A DNA stretch of 64,000 bases from an uncultured Candidatus Saccharibacteria bacterium (GCA_964559915.1 CAZLJP010000002.1:2423-66422), one strand, 5' to 3'; positions 30,450-38,929 are shown, counted from the first letter of the stretch. The notes: a model not told the origin generated them from the letters alone. Made by a program: numbers and translations.

Positions 30450-30558
30450 GCGTGCTGGGCCACTCGCGCCTCCCGTTTCCTTCAGGGCGCTTATGGGGAA
30501 CCTTTAGTTCGCTCATGGCGCTTGCTTAACCCATCAGAATCCGAAAGACGCGATTGAC

Positions 30559-31179
30559 CTACAGCAGCGTGGACCAGTAGTACCAGAAATGATTGAGAAT
30601 AACTGACAGAATGATTAGGTACCAAACTACGACAATCTCGTGTGGATACTTTTGGATGAAAGCTGCTACAACCTTGAGCTGAGGTGGCAACACCAATGTA
30701 CCGCTACGAAGGTTATACAGCGTGGTGTATACAAATGTCGCAATAGTTACGACCCAGACAACCATACAATATGGACAGAGTGCACCGATACTAAAGATGC
30801 TCTGGAACTGTAGCCAGGTCACGAAACTTACGCCAAATATGGTGCCAGCCTGTAGCCCAAGCCAGAACCAGCGCTTAAACTGCGCACCGGCCAGCAGTGC
30901 TGCACCAATTGTTGCGACAATACCAAAGCCAACAAGCCCGATAATCGGGTTAGGGAAGCCAAAAGCCGAGGCTTGCGGCGTATTAATCACGGAGCCACAG
31001 GCAATAATAGGGTTTAGGTCACAGCTTAGTACTGCAGACGGATTTTTGAGCAATTCAATTTTCTCTACAGTAAGTATTCCAGCAGCAAGAACACCTATAA
31101 TGCCGCCAACCAGTAGCAGCCAGGGAAAGTATGTAATTAGTCTGGATTTGGAATTAGATTTGGATGTTTTTGTAGCCAT
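30559..31179 (-). CDS. vitamin K epoxide reductase (VKOR) family protein
   Basis: 206 aa; 4-5 TM segments, loop cysteine pair (SCDLNPIIACGS) and a membrane CxxC (CPYC). Confidence 0.75.
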   Translation of the reverse strand: MATKTSKSNSKSRLITYFPWLLLVGGIIGVLAAGILTVEKIELLKNPSAVLSCDLNPIIACGSVINTPQASAFGFPNPIIGLVGFGIVATIGAALLAGAQFKRWFWLGLQAGTIFGVSFVTWLQFQSIFSIGALCPYCMVVWVVTIATFVYTTLYNLRSGTLVLPPQLKVVAAFIQKYPHEIVVVWYLIILSVILNHFWYYWSTLL

Positions 31180-31214
31180 AAAACCAGTTTACCAAACTAA
31201 ATCATTACTATAAA

Positions 31215-31460
31215 ATGTATATTATGAGTATAACTGTTTATTCTGCTGATTGGTGTGCGTTCTGTCATGCAGCCAAGAACTACTTTGATAGTATTGGTGC
31301 CAAGTACGAAGACCGTAACGTAGAACACGACCCCAAGTTCATGCAAGAAGCCATCGAGAAGTCAGGCCAGATGGGCATCCCCGTTATTGACATCGACGGT
31401 CAGATTATCGTTGGTTTTGACAAACCAAAAATTGACGCAGCTCTCCTTAAGAGCAAATAG
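31215..31460 (+). CDS. glutaredoxin/NrdH-like small redoxin
   Basis: 81 aa (or 78 aa from the ATG at 31224); WCAFC active site; GIPVI and thioredoxin-fold pattern; divergent from the VKOR gene. Confidence 0.8.
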   Translation: MYIMSITVYSADWCAFCHAAKNYFDSIGAKYEDRNVEHDPKFMQEAIEKSGQMGIPVIDIDGQIIVGFDKPKIDAALLKSK

Positions 31461-31528
31461 TGAAATAACTTACAGTTCTCTCTGTTGCACATCTGTTAAA
31501 ATGCGCTTACGTAATCGGGAGAAGCGTA

Positions 31529-32023
31529 ATGCCAGAGCAACAAATAGTACCAAAACCCGAAATATTTGTATTTAGCCAAGAGGACACTGCTGTAGTGATG
31601 TCTGCCAAGCGTCTGCAAAACGCTATGTACCGTGATCCTGATAGCTTTGTTAATGCATTAACTACTGATAATGACAACGCCAAGGTTCGTCGTGCGGGCG
31701 AGATGATCGACTTATTAATCAGCCGCAAAGATTTGTTAGAAATGTATTTTGACGACCACACAGAGTCAGCTATCAACAAAGACGCGACCCACCAAAGCCT
31801 GTTAAATCAACGTCGACAGATGGCCCAAGCCAACACCAATGTCAGTCGAATGAGCGAGTCCGCACAAGAGCGGAGCGACAGAAAAGCCGAGGAGTTGCGC
31901 GAACGGACCGTTAAGAATCGCTGTGCCATTTTTGCTGGACGTGTTATTGCATGGCAAACCGTTTCGGGCAGTCGTCCAGGTGGCGACCCTGCAACCGCCA
32001 GAAAACTACGCCAAGCCGTGTAA
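31529..32023 (+). CDS. hypothetical protein
   Basis: 164-aa ORF; no family recognised. Confidence 0.5.
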   Translation: MPEQQIVPKPEIFVFSQEDTAVVMSAKRLQNAMYRDPDSFVNALTTDNDNAKVRRAGEMIDLLISRKDLLEMYFDDHTESAINKDATHQSLLNQRRQMAQANTNVSRMSESAQERSDRKAEELRERTVKNRCAIFAGRVIAWQTVSGSRPGGDPATARKLRQAV

Positions 32024-32046
32024 GTACACTGTAGTACTATTAGTGC

Positions 32047-32613
32047 ATGGCATTTGAGGATTACCAGACCAAAGATTCTGTTGTTGTTGTCTACACCGGC
32101 GACAGCAAGGGCAAAACCAGCGCCAGTGTAGGCCTGATGGCGCGAGCCCTCGGCAATGGCTGGCGTGTAGCCTATATCCAGTTCATCAAGTACTGGGGCG
32201 TTGGCGAGCACGTCTTTATCCGTGATATTGGCCCTGTATACGGTGATTCTTTATTCTTCTACAAGGGTGGCAAAGGGTTCTATAATGCTGGTGACCTGAG
32301 CGAGCAGCATGTTAGCGAGCAGCAGCACAAAGACGCCGCCAAAGAGACCTACAAAATAGCGCTCGATTGCGCTACTAGCGGCAAATACGACCTAGTTATC
32401 TGCGACGAAATTAACAACGCTGTCCATGACGGCCTATTAACCGAAAAACAGCTGCAGGCCCTCCTGGATCAGCGAGGTGATACGAGCCTCTGCCTGACTG
32501 GCCGCAACTTCCCAGACAAAATGCTGGATAAAGTAGATATCGCCACCAACATGACCAAAATTAAGCACCATTTTGATGAGAAGTTCCTTGCCAATAAGGG
32601 CATCGACTTCTAA
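32047..32613 (+). CDS. CobA/CobO/BtuR-family P-loop ATPase (ATP:corrinoid adenosyltransferase-like)
   Basis: 188 aa; VYTGDSKGKTSASVGLMARALGNGWRVAYIQFIK, DLVICDEI and TGRN motifs; TACTAT box 6 nt before the ATG. Confidence 0.7.
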   Translation: MAFEDYQTKDSVVVVYTGDSKGKTSASVGLMARALGNGWRVAYIQFIKYWGVGEHVFIRDIGPVYGDSLFFYKGGKGFYNAGDLSEQHVSEQQHKDAAKETYKIALDCATSGKYDLVICDEINNAVHDGLLTEKQLQALLDQRGDTSLCLTGRNFPDKMLDKVDIATNMTKIKHHFDEKFLANKGIDF

Positions 32614-32654
32614 TCATCACGCTTATACTATAATTTGTTTTATTGTAAATAATA

Positions 32655-32684
32655 TTGTATTCCTGCGTGTTGCTGTTCTATACT
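32655..32684 (+). promoter_or_regulatory. promoter TTGTAT-N18-TATACT, 8 nt before the ATG at 32693
   Basis: Hexamers read directly; no SD in the gap. Confidence 0.4.
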
Positions 32685-32692
32685 GAGCAATT

Positions 32693-34108
32693 ATGTTCGA
32701 GAGTAATTTGCCGCTACCCTTGGCGCAACCACGCATCATGGGTCTAGAAACAGAGTATATGTTTATACCCCAGGTTAATGGGGCGGCAAATTTGGATAAC
32801 AGCTTACTTGGAAAAGCACTGCCAAGCGATATTCACATAAATAGTTCGTTTTTATCCAACGGTGCTCGGTTCTATATGGATACGGGTAGTCACCCCGAGT
32901 ATGCAACTCCGGAATGTTTGACTGGTCGCGGTGTGGCCATCGCCGCCGCTGCGGGTGAAATAATCACAGGAGCTACTGTAGGCACAGCACTCAGCCATGT
33001 ACCGAAAATTGCCCAGAACTTTGGTCTATTCAAGAGGACCGTCGACAGTAAGGGCGTCGTAGCGGGGGACCACGAGAACTACTATGTAACCAGAAATACA
33101 TTACCAAGTAGCGTTGCTCCACGCCTTGTACCACATCTAGTCAGCCGCATACTTTTTACAGGTCCAGGCATGGTAGATCGGGACGGACTCTTCTCCATCG
33201 ACCAACGTGCTTGGAGCATGAGCAACGAAGATATTGGCAGCACTAGCACCAAGGAACACAAACCATTTTTGTTATCACGTGAAGAAGATCACAGCAAGAA
33301 TGGTCGTCGCGTACAAGTTATGTCTGGGAGCGCCAATATGATGGGCCAGGCGATACAATTTAGATTCGACAGCACCTCACTAGCGCTACGACTGGTTGAG
33401 CACGGCAAGATTCCAAAATGGCTGCGCGTAGAAAACCCTGGCTACGCAATACAAAATATTGCCAGCGAACATCTGAATGACAGCCTCAAATTCAAAGAGA
33501 GAGTCAGGCTGGGTAATGGTTCCTATAGAACTGCAGCTGAGCTTCAGTATGAATACGCATCTCGAGCGTATTTACTTGGTGAGGCAGGCGATTTGAATGA
33601 ATACGATGCACAGTTTGCGCGACGCTGGGTAGAGATGAGCCAGGATGCTATGGATGGCAAGATTGATAAATGGAAAAATGAGATTGAATGGCTCACTAAA
33701 CTAGAGTTATTGCTTACATACAAGAGTGGTCGCGAGTCAGTATCAATCGAAAGAATGAAGCAGCTTGATATGAAATTTCACGAAGTCGTGTGCCTCCGTG
33801 CACAAACAATTCAAACAAAGCTCAAAAAGGCTGGGCGCATTGCATTAATCGCAAATGGCGGGGCTATAAAACAAGCTTGCTACGAAGCTCCCGACGATAC
33901 ACGAGCCAGAGTTCGCGGCAACGCAATTACAGCACTGGCCCGTGGCGCATTACCAGTCACCGCATACGGCAACTCACCACTTGTCCCCGAGTGGCTCCAA
34001 TGGCCAATTACGGATCGTCGCATGTTGGTGCACGCGGAAGGGCTACGCCTCCTGCAGGCCGATCCGTATTCTACCGAAGACGACTTCGCCAAAGTTACCG
34101 GCGCTTAG
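32693..34108 (+). CDS. Pup-ligase/deamidase family protein (PafA/Dop homolog)
   Basis: 471 aa; signatures RIMGLETEY, NGARFYMDTGSHPEYATPEC, GDHENYY and FTGPG typical of the PafA/Dop carboxylate-amine ligase family. Confidence 0.8.
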   Translation: MFESNLPLPLAQPRIMGLETEYMFIPQVNGAANLDNSLLGKALPSDIHINSSFLSNGARFYMDTGSHPEYATPECLTGRGVAIAAAAGEIITGATVGTALSHVPKIAQNFGLFKRTVDSKGVVAGDHENYYVTRNTLPSSVAPRLVPHLVSRILFTGPGMVDRDGLFSIDQRAWSMSNEDIGSTSTKEHKPFLLSREEDHSKNGRRVQVMSGSANMMGQAIQFRFDSTSLALRLVEHGKIPKWLRVENPGYAIQNIASEHLNDSLKFKERVRLGNGSYRTAAELQYEYASRAYLLGEAGDLNEYDAQFARRWVEMSQDAMDGKIDKWKNEIEWLTKLELLLTYKSGRESVSIERMKQLDMKFHEVVCLRAQTIQTKLKKAGRIALIANGGAIKQACYEAPDDTRARVRGNAITALARGALPVTAYGNSPLVPEWLQWPITDRRMLVHAEGLRLLQADPYSTEDDFAKVTGA

Positions 34109-34901
34109 ATAATTTTATTCGCAGTTCATGGAGCAGCTTCATAGGATAGAGGAGTGGTGCAAGCACGTACAGTACGACAGCTCCGACAAAACCCGTTGGC
34201 CATAGCTTCTTGTGATGCACCCTCAATGATTGCGGCCAGAGCATCAGTACTCCCCATAATTTATCGTGGTCCTGGAATACACGGCGCAGCTTAACACCCA
34301 CCACAAACCGCGGATGATATACAATAGGCACTCCTGTGTCGTGTATATGTACTGCTATGTCTATGTCTTCGTGGATGTCGTCCCTCAGACAGATACTGGA
34401 TTGTACCTTTTGCCATGTTTTCTTTTGGATTGCCATATTAGAGCCGAATAAGAAATGATGCCCCAGAGCAATACGATTCACTCGGAATGCAAGGATATCC
34501 AACATGTAGCGCGAAAAGCGAGGGAATGGCGTATTGTAGTACGCGCCCGCACCGGTAAATGCAACTTCAGGGTACGTAGTTTGCTGATAAAAATCAGTGA
34601 TGTACTCGACCCAGTTTGTAGGCAAAATACTATCACTATCGATTCTGCCAATTATATCGCCGCGCGCGGCGTTGAAGCCAGCATCACGAGCATAGACTAT
34701 GCCTTGTTTTTTGGCACGAACAATACGCACAAACTGGTACGAACGGGCAATTTCTGCGGTCTTGTCTGTCGAGTTATTGTCTACCACGATGACTTCGAAT
34801 GGCCGCACTGTCTGGGCGGCTACCGAGTCCAAACACGCTTTCAGATGTCGTTCTTCGTTATAAGCTGGTATAATCAGCGATAAAGCTAATGGTTTTTTCA
34901 T
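34095..34901 (-). CDS. glycosyltransferase family 2
   Basis: LSLIIPAYNEERHL, VVDNNSTD and DSD motifs; start placed at the Met at 34901 (MKKPLA) rather than the track start at 35090. Confidence 0.8.
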   Translation of the reverse strand: MKKPLALSLIIPAYNEERHLKACLDSVAAQTVRPFEVIVVDNNSTDKTAEIARSYQFVRIVRAKKQGIVYARDAGFNAARGDIIGRIDSDSILPTNWVEYITDFYQQTTYPEVAFTGAGAYYNTPFPRFSRYMLDILAFRVNRIALGHHFLFGSNMAIQKKTWQKVQSSICLRDDIHEDIDIAVHIHDTGVPIVYHPRFVVGVKLRRVFQDHDKLWGVLMLWPQSLRVHHKKLWPTGFVGAVVLYVLAPLLYPMKLLHELRIKLSKRR

Positions 34902-34929
34902 ATAAGTAACTGTTCTCATCATAGCAAAC

Positions 34930-36054
34930 ATGCCTAAAACAACTCGCAAGAAACCAACTCGTAAACAAACCGTCAAGCAGCTTTGGTTTGGTGTAGTTAC
35001 TAACTTTGCCAAAACTCTGTGGCAACGCAATTTATGGAATAAATTCCTTATCAGCGTCAGTATAATCCTGCTGATACTTGTTGGTGGCATGTACGGTATC
35101 GCTCAGTGGTATATTTTTAGCCACCGTAATCAGCCCCTGCAGCTTGGCGTGACATTCATTCCCAGCTACGCGCGCTATTTGGGCGTAGACCCAGAAGAAA
35201 CATTCCAAGCCATTCTGACAGATTTAAAGCCAAGCAATGTGCGGCTTGTCAGTTATTGGGATGATATTGAAAAAACACCCGGTAATTATGACTTTACTGA
35301 GCTGGATTGGCAGTTTGGTATGGCCGAAGCAGCCGGTGCCAAGGTAAGCTTGGCCGTTGGCCTACGCCAGCCACGCTGGCCGGAGTGCCACATGCCTACC
35401 TGGCAGCTCAATCAACCCAAAGATGTGTGGTACCCACAGCTCAAGACATTCATGACAGCCACGATTAACCATTACAAAGACAATCCTGCACTTGAAAGCT
35501 ATCAGCTAGAGAATGAGTTCTTCCTGAGCGTCTTTGGTGAATGTCCTGACTTTAGCCGTGACCGCTTGGTTGAGGAATATAATCTGGTAACCAGCCTAGA
35601 CACAAACACTCCTGTCATTGTGAGTCGTAGCAACAATGCTATCGGATTCCCGATTAACGACCCCAAACCATCAGCCTACGGCGTATCAGTCTATAAGCGA
35701 GTCTGGGACAAGACAGTCACCAAACGCTACGTTGAATATCCGTTCCCGGCTTGGTTCTACGGCTTCTTAGCAGGTGGTAGCAAAATCATAGATGGCCGCG
35801 AACTGATGATTCACGAACTCCAGGCCGAAGCCTGGGCACCAGATGGTTACCAGATAGCCACAGCGCCTGTTGACGAACTCTACAAATCCATGAATCCACA
35901 ACGCCTACATGATAGATTTGAATATGCCGAGGCAAGTGGCATCAAACGCATTGACTTATGGGGAGCCGAGTGGTGGTACGCTATGAAGGTCAATCGTAAC
36001 GCACCGGAGCTGTGGAATGTCGCTATCCAGGAATTCAAAGAAGGCCAGCAATAA
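34930..36054 (+). CDS. membrane-anchored glycoside hydrolase, clan GH-A TIM barrel (family unassigned)
   Basis: N-terminal basic/TM anchor; acid/base motif YQLENEF and nucleophile motif IHELQAEAW. Confidence 0.6.
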   Translation: MPKTTRKKPTRKQTVKQLWFGVVTNFAKTLWQRNLWNKFLISVSIILLILVGGMYGIAQWYIFSHRNQPLQLGVTFIPSYARYLGVDPEETFQAILTDLKPSNVRLVSYWDDIEKTPGNYDFTELDWQFGMAEAAGAKVSLAVGLRQPRWPECHMPTWQLNQPKDVWYPQLKTFMTATINHYKDNPALESYQLENEFFLSVFGECPDFSRDRLVEEYNLVTSLDTNTPVIVSRSNNAIGFPINDPKPSAYGVSVYKRVWDKTVTKRYVEYPFPAWFYGFLAGGSKIIDGRELMIHELQAEAWAPDGYQIATAPVDELYKSMNPQRLHDRFEYAEASGIKRIDLWGAEWWYAMKVNRNAPELWNVAIQEFKEGQQ

Positions 36055-36943
36055 TACCTCGTTTGGGGTAAGCTTTTCAGTCAAACAGTGTCGTAACTTT
36101 GGGTTGGATTGGCAGCCAGTTCTACAAAGCCTAATTGCAGACATGGGGTTCCGCCGGTTTCGTTTGATGAGTTATTGGAACGAGCACGAAACAACGCCCG
36201 GCCAATATGATTTTGCTGCCCTAGATGCGCAAATAGAGCTAATTAAACAAAGCGGTGGTGTGATTAGCCTGTGCCTAGGCGTTCGTCAGCCGCGTTGGCC
36301 AGAGAATCACTGGCCGGACTGGGCCTGGGCACTCAACGATGACCAACGCGACCAAAAGCTCCTAGAATACATCGAAACAGTTGTTACGCGCTATAAAAAT
36401 GAGCCAGCAATCATTGATTACCAGCTCGAAAACGAGGCACTGCTCAAAAGTTTTGGTGAGCGAGCTAATGTGGACAGAGTATTACTGCAGCTTGAGTACA
36501 GCCTCGTACGGCATTTGGATCCGCAGCGACGCATCATTATGAGCACCAGCACATCATGGGGTATTCCTATGCGCCAGCCCATCCCAGATATCATCGGCTT
36601 TTCATATTATCAGGTACTATTTCATGCAGGCAGATATCGTCGTTCGTTCCATCGGCCATGGCTTGACCGCTGGCGCGCCTATGCTATCAGAATACTGTTG
36701 AGAAGGCCCAGCTTTATCCATGAGCTCCAGGCAGAGCCATGGGGCCCCAGTAATATATGGGAAATGTCGTTGGACGAGCAATATCAGTCCATGAGCCCCG
36801 CACAGCTTCGTACAAATCTGCAGCAGGCACGCGCTACGCACCTAAAACCCATTGATTTATGGGGTGGGGAGTGGTGGTATTGGCTCAAAACGCATGGTCA
36901 GCCAGAAATCTGGGATACTGTTCAAAAAGAAACAAGTCTATAA
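36017..36943 (+). CDS. glycoside hydrolase, clan GH-A, paralog of the preceding gene without a TM anchor
   Basis: Collinear similarity to 34930-36054 (RLxSYW, GxYDF, RQPRWPE, YQLENEA, HELQAEPW, DLWGxEWWY); start overlaps the upstream gene by 38 nt. Confidence 0.6.
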   Translation: MSLSRNSKKASNNTSFGVSFSVKQCRNFGLDWQPVLQSLIADMGFRRFRLMSYWNEHETTPGQYDFAALDAQIELIKQSGGVISLCLGVRQPRWPENHWPDWAWALNDDQRDQKLLEYIETVVTRYKNEPAIIDYQLENEALLKSFGERANVDRVLLQLEYSLVRHLDPQRRIIMSTSTSWGIPMRQPIPDIIGFSYYQVLFHAGRYRRSFHRPWLDRWRAYAIRILLRRPSFIHELQAEPWGPSNIWEMSLDEQYQSMSPAQLRTNLQQARATHLKPIDLWGGEWWYWLKTHGQPEIWDTVQKETSL

Positions 36944-37044
36944 TTATAGTATCCCTGCGGCATAATTAAACTCGTTCGGCATAAGATGAGTCAACTCCTC
37001 TTATGCACTTACTATCCTTTAATTATAACATACTTTGTAAAGTT

Positions 37045-37073
37045 TTGCAATATTTACCTCTGTTGTGTAAAAT
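37045..37073 (+). promoter_or_regulatory. smpB promoter TTGCAA-N17-TAAAAT, 6 nt before the ATG
   Basis: Hexamers read directly; leaderless geometry. Confidence 0.45.
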
Positions 37074-37079
37074 AGGGTA

Positions 37080-37535
37080 ATGGTTAAGAAAAAGCCCACT
37101 CAGACCAAGATTATCAGTAACCGCCGCGCCCGCCATGACTATGAGCTGGGTGATAGTTTAATTGTGGGCCTAGAACTAAATGGCCGCGAGACCAAAGCAC
37201 TTCGTATGGGTCATGGCCAGCTGCAGGGCGCCTACGTGACAGTCAAGGATAATGAGCTGTGGCTGCTAAACTGCACAATTCACGGCACCAATGGCATACC
37301 TATAGATGAGTCAGAACAAGCTCGTACCCGCAAACTACTGGCTAAACGCAAACAAATAGATGAGTTTATTGCAGCCAAACACCAGGGCAAGAGCATCATT
37401 CCACTTGAGATTCTGACTCGCGGCCGTTATATCAAAGTTCGCATATCTCTGGGTAGGGGCAAGAAGCACTATGACAAGCGCCAGACGCTCAAAAAGCGCG
37501 ACGAAGAGCGTGATGCTCGACGCCTAGCTGTCTAG
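37080..37535 (+). CDS. smpB: SsrA-binding protein SmpB
   Basis: 151 aa; ISNRRARHDYEL, GxETKALR-like motif and a basic C-terminal tail. Confidence 0.92.
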   Translation: MVKKKPTQTKIISNRRARHDYELGDSLIVGLELNGRETKALRMGHGQLQGAYVTVKDNELWLLNCTIHGTNGIPIDESEQARTRKLLAKRKQIDEFIAAKHQGKSIIPLEILTRGRYIKVRISLGRGKKHYDKRQTLKKRDEERDARRLAV

Positions 37536-37671
37536 GGCTTTACAGATACACATCAAACCTATAAAATAACCCCCGTTAGCTTGATTCTGAAGGGAAAAGA
37601 GCAGCCAGACAAAAAGTCACGCCTTTTTGCCTGCGCGATGAGAAAAACCGTAGGTTTGTCTCCATTGTTAT

Positions 37672-37746
37672 TCCCGGGTGGCGCAGCGGTAGCGCAGTTG
37701 ACTGTTAATCAATTGGTCGCCGGTTCGAATCCGGCCCCGGGAGCCA
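37672..37746 (+). tRNA. tRNA-Asn (anticodon GUU), CCA encoded
   Basis: 75-nt cloverleaf read by hand: acceptor TCCCGGG/CCCGGGA, anticodon stem GTTGA/TCAAT with loop CTGTTAA, T arm GCCGG-TTCGAAT-CCGGC. Confidence 0.92.
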
Positions 37747-37752
37747 TGAAAG

Positions 37753-37778
37753 AAGACTCACATCTGTGGGTCTTTTTT
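37753..37778 (+). terminator. rho-independent terminator after tRNA-Asn
   Basis: 9-bp stem AAGACTCAC/GTGGGTCTT, 4-nt loop, T6 run. Confidence 0.8.
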
Positions 37779-37836
37779 CATGCTTCTGAGTCGGATTTGA
37801 ACCGGATCTTTTGTGAAACAAAAGCGGTTCGATAAG

Positions 37837-37876
37837 CAAGGCCACGCGCAGGAGCTAGCTCCGAGCATGGCTGCTG
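37837..37876. repeat. copy A of a 40-nt conserved core (GGAGCTAGCTCC hairpin inside a longer helix)
   Basis: 31/40 identical to 40348-40387; two base-pair positions covary between the copies. Confidence 0.6.
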
Positions 37877-37888
37877 GTTATATGTAAT

Positions 37889-37908
37889 AATCCGGCCCCG
37901 GGAGCCAT
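37889..37908 (+). repeat. exact 20-nt direct repeat of the tRNA-Asn 3' end (aatccggccccgggagccat)
   Basis: Identical to 37728-37747; att-like duplication 142 nt downstream of the tRNA. Confidence 0.9.
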
Positions 37909-37916
37909 ACAAAGAG

Positions 37917-37940
37917 CCCACCATTTTAGGTGGGTTTTTT
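37917..37940 (+). terminator. rho-independent terminator nested inside a 25-bp inverted repeat
   Basis: Stem CCCACC/GGTGGG, loop ATTTTA, T6 run. Confidence 0.7.
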
Positions 37941-37962
37941 GTATGGCTCCCGGGGTCGGATT
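37938..37962 (-). repeat. inverted copy of the tRNA-Asn 3' end motif (one mismatch)
   Basis: tttgtatggctcccggggtcggatt is the reverse complement of 37889-37913 with one substitution. Confidence 0.85.
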
Positions 37963-38291
37963 AACAGAACGTTCGATAATTTGACCGATCAGGGAAAATT
38001 ATATGCCGAAGCTAAGAATGACAAGTCCTATAAGAAATAAAGTCATTCCTGGCCTGAAGCTATAATCCGGCCAAAATCACAGGTCGCCCGGTTAGGTCTT
38101 CAAGGGCTATCGCAGGAATTCATTCTGAGAAAGCCTGTAGAAGTGCATCAGTCGGCCGATAGAGCCAATATCATAGTTAGAAATCCTAAATCGCCGAAAA
38201 TAACAGAAAAACAGACAAGACGAACGAACTTATTGCCGGCATTCTACCGATAATCAACCATAACAAATAGAAAATCCGTGTAAAATATCTT

Positions 38292-38777
38292 CTATTTACC
38301 GAATAACTGCGTTGAAAGCTCTGGTTCATCGGTTTCGGTCAGCAGATAAATACTGGCATTATCAAGTTCTTGTCTTGTACTACTATTCAAACCAAATGAC
38401 TGGCTAAAGATTTCTAGTATTTTGTGCTCTGAATCATCTCGTGCAACTCGGTTAATCGAAATCTTCTGGCATGCCAAACAGAGATGGATTAACATAATCT
38501 CACCTAGTCGATAATAGCCTTCGTGCTTAAATGTTAAGCCGATTGGCTCCATGCCGCCACAACAGGTTGCACGGCGGTCACCCTTAGTCTCGTCAACATG
38601 TTTTGACCAAAGGCACCAGTTGCAGTGGTTACGGTTGACCGTACCCATAATGTCGTTGATAACGACAAACTGTTTACAGTGCGAACAACGGAAGCCACCA
38701 GCTTTATGTTCTCGATTCCATTCCTGTTTTCTACGTTTTTTGTAATCTAATTCATCACTATACTCATAGCGTTTCAT
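38292..38777 (-). CDS. RNHCP domain-containing Cys-rich protein
   Basis: 161 aa; CSHC, NRNHCNWC, CCGG and CLAC cysteine clusters matching the RNHCP-domain pattern. Confidence 0.7.
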   Translation of the reverse strand: MKRYEYSDELDYKKRRKQEWNREHKAGGFRCSHCKQFVVINDIMGTVNRNHCNWCLWSKHVDETKGDRRATCCGGMEPIGLTFKHEGYYRLGEIMLIHLCLACQKISINRVARDDSEHKILEIFSQSFGLNSSTRQELDNASIYLLTETDEPELSTQLFGK

Positions 38778-38792
38778 CTATATCCCTACATG

Positions 38793-38817
38793 AAAAAACC
38801 AGCCAATACTGGCTGGT
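38793..38817 (-). terminator. rho-independent terminator inside the 5' leader of the RNHCP gene (attenuator segments 3:4)
   Basis: Minus-strand RNA ACCAGCCA-GTAT-TGGCTGGT followed by TTTTTT, 16 nt upstream of the SD (AGGGA) and ATG at 38777. Confidence 0.7.
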
Positions 38818-38880
38818 CATGCTGGATAGGTAGATGTACTAACTATTTTCTAAATTGATGTTCGAGTTAAGCTGTTTTTT

Positions 38881-38929
38881 GACCAGCCAGAAACTACCGC
38901 CTCGATAGCGGTGACGACTTCTGCACTGG
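38881..38929 (-). promoter_or_regulatory. candidate antiterminator (segment 2) and anti-antiterminator (segment 1) of the RNHCP leader
   Basis: RNA CTGGCTGGTC (reverse complement of 38881-38890) is a perfect 10-nt complement of terminator 5' arm GACCAGCCAG (reverse complement of 38809-38818). It can alternatively pair with CCAGTGCAGAA (reverse complement of 38919-38929). Confidence 0.45.

Noticed and set aside
37536-37671. Expected a tmRNA (ssrA) directly downstream of smpB.
   Set aside because: The 136-nt gap has no tRNA-Ala-like acceptor/T-arm and no tag reading frame. The only RNA gene here is tRNA-Asn, so ssrA must be elsewhere.
37790-37835. A minus-strand tRNA-like fragment: a CTTTT-GTTTCAC-AAAAG anticodon-arm-like hairpin with a UUC triplet, followed by TCCGGTTCAAATCCGAC.
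   Set aside because: The T stem does not pair (TCCGG versus CCGAC), and no acceptor or D arm can be built. The homologous copy at 40270-40345 has a different hairpin. It is at best a decayed fragment.
38186-38242. An 18-codon hydrophobic minus-strand ORF (MPAISSFVLSVFLLFSAI) downstream of the RNHCP gene, considered as a type I toxin-like peptide.
   Set aside because: It has no convincing SD or promoter and no antisense RNA signature, and its length is compatible with chance in a 330-bp AT-rich spacer.
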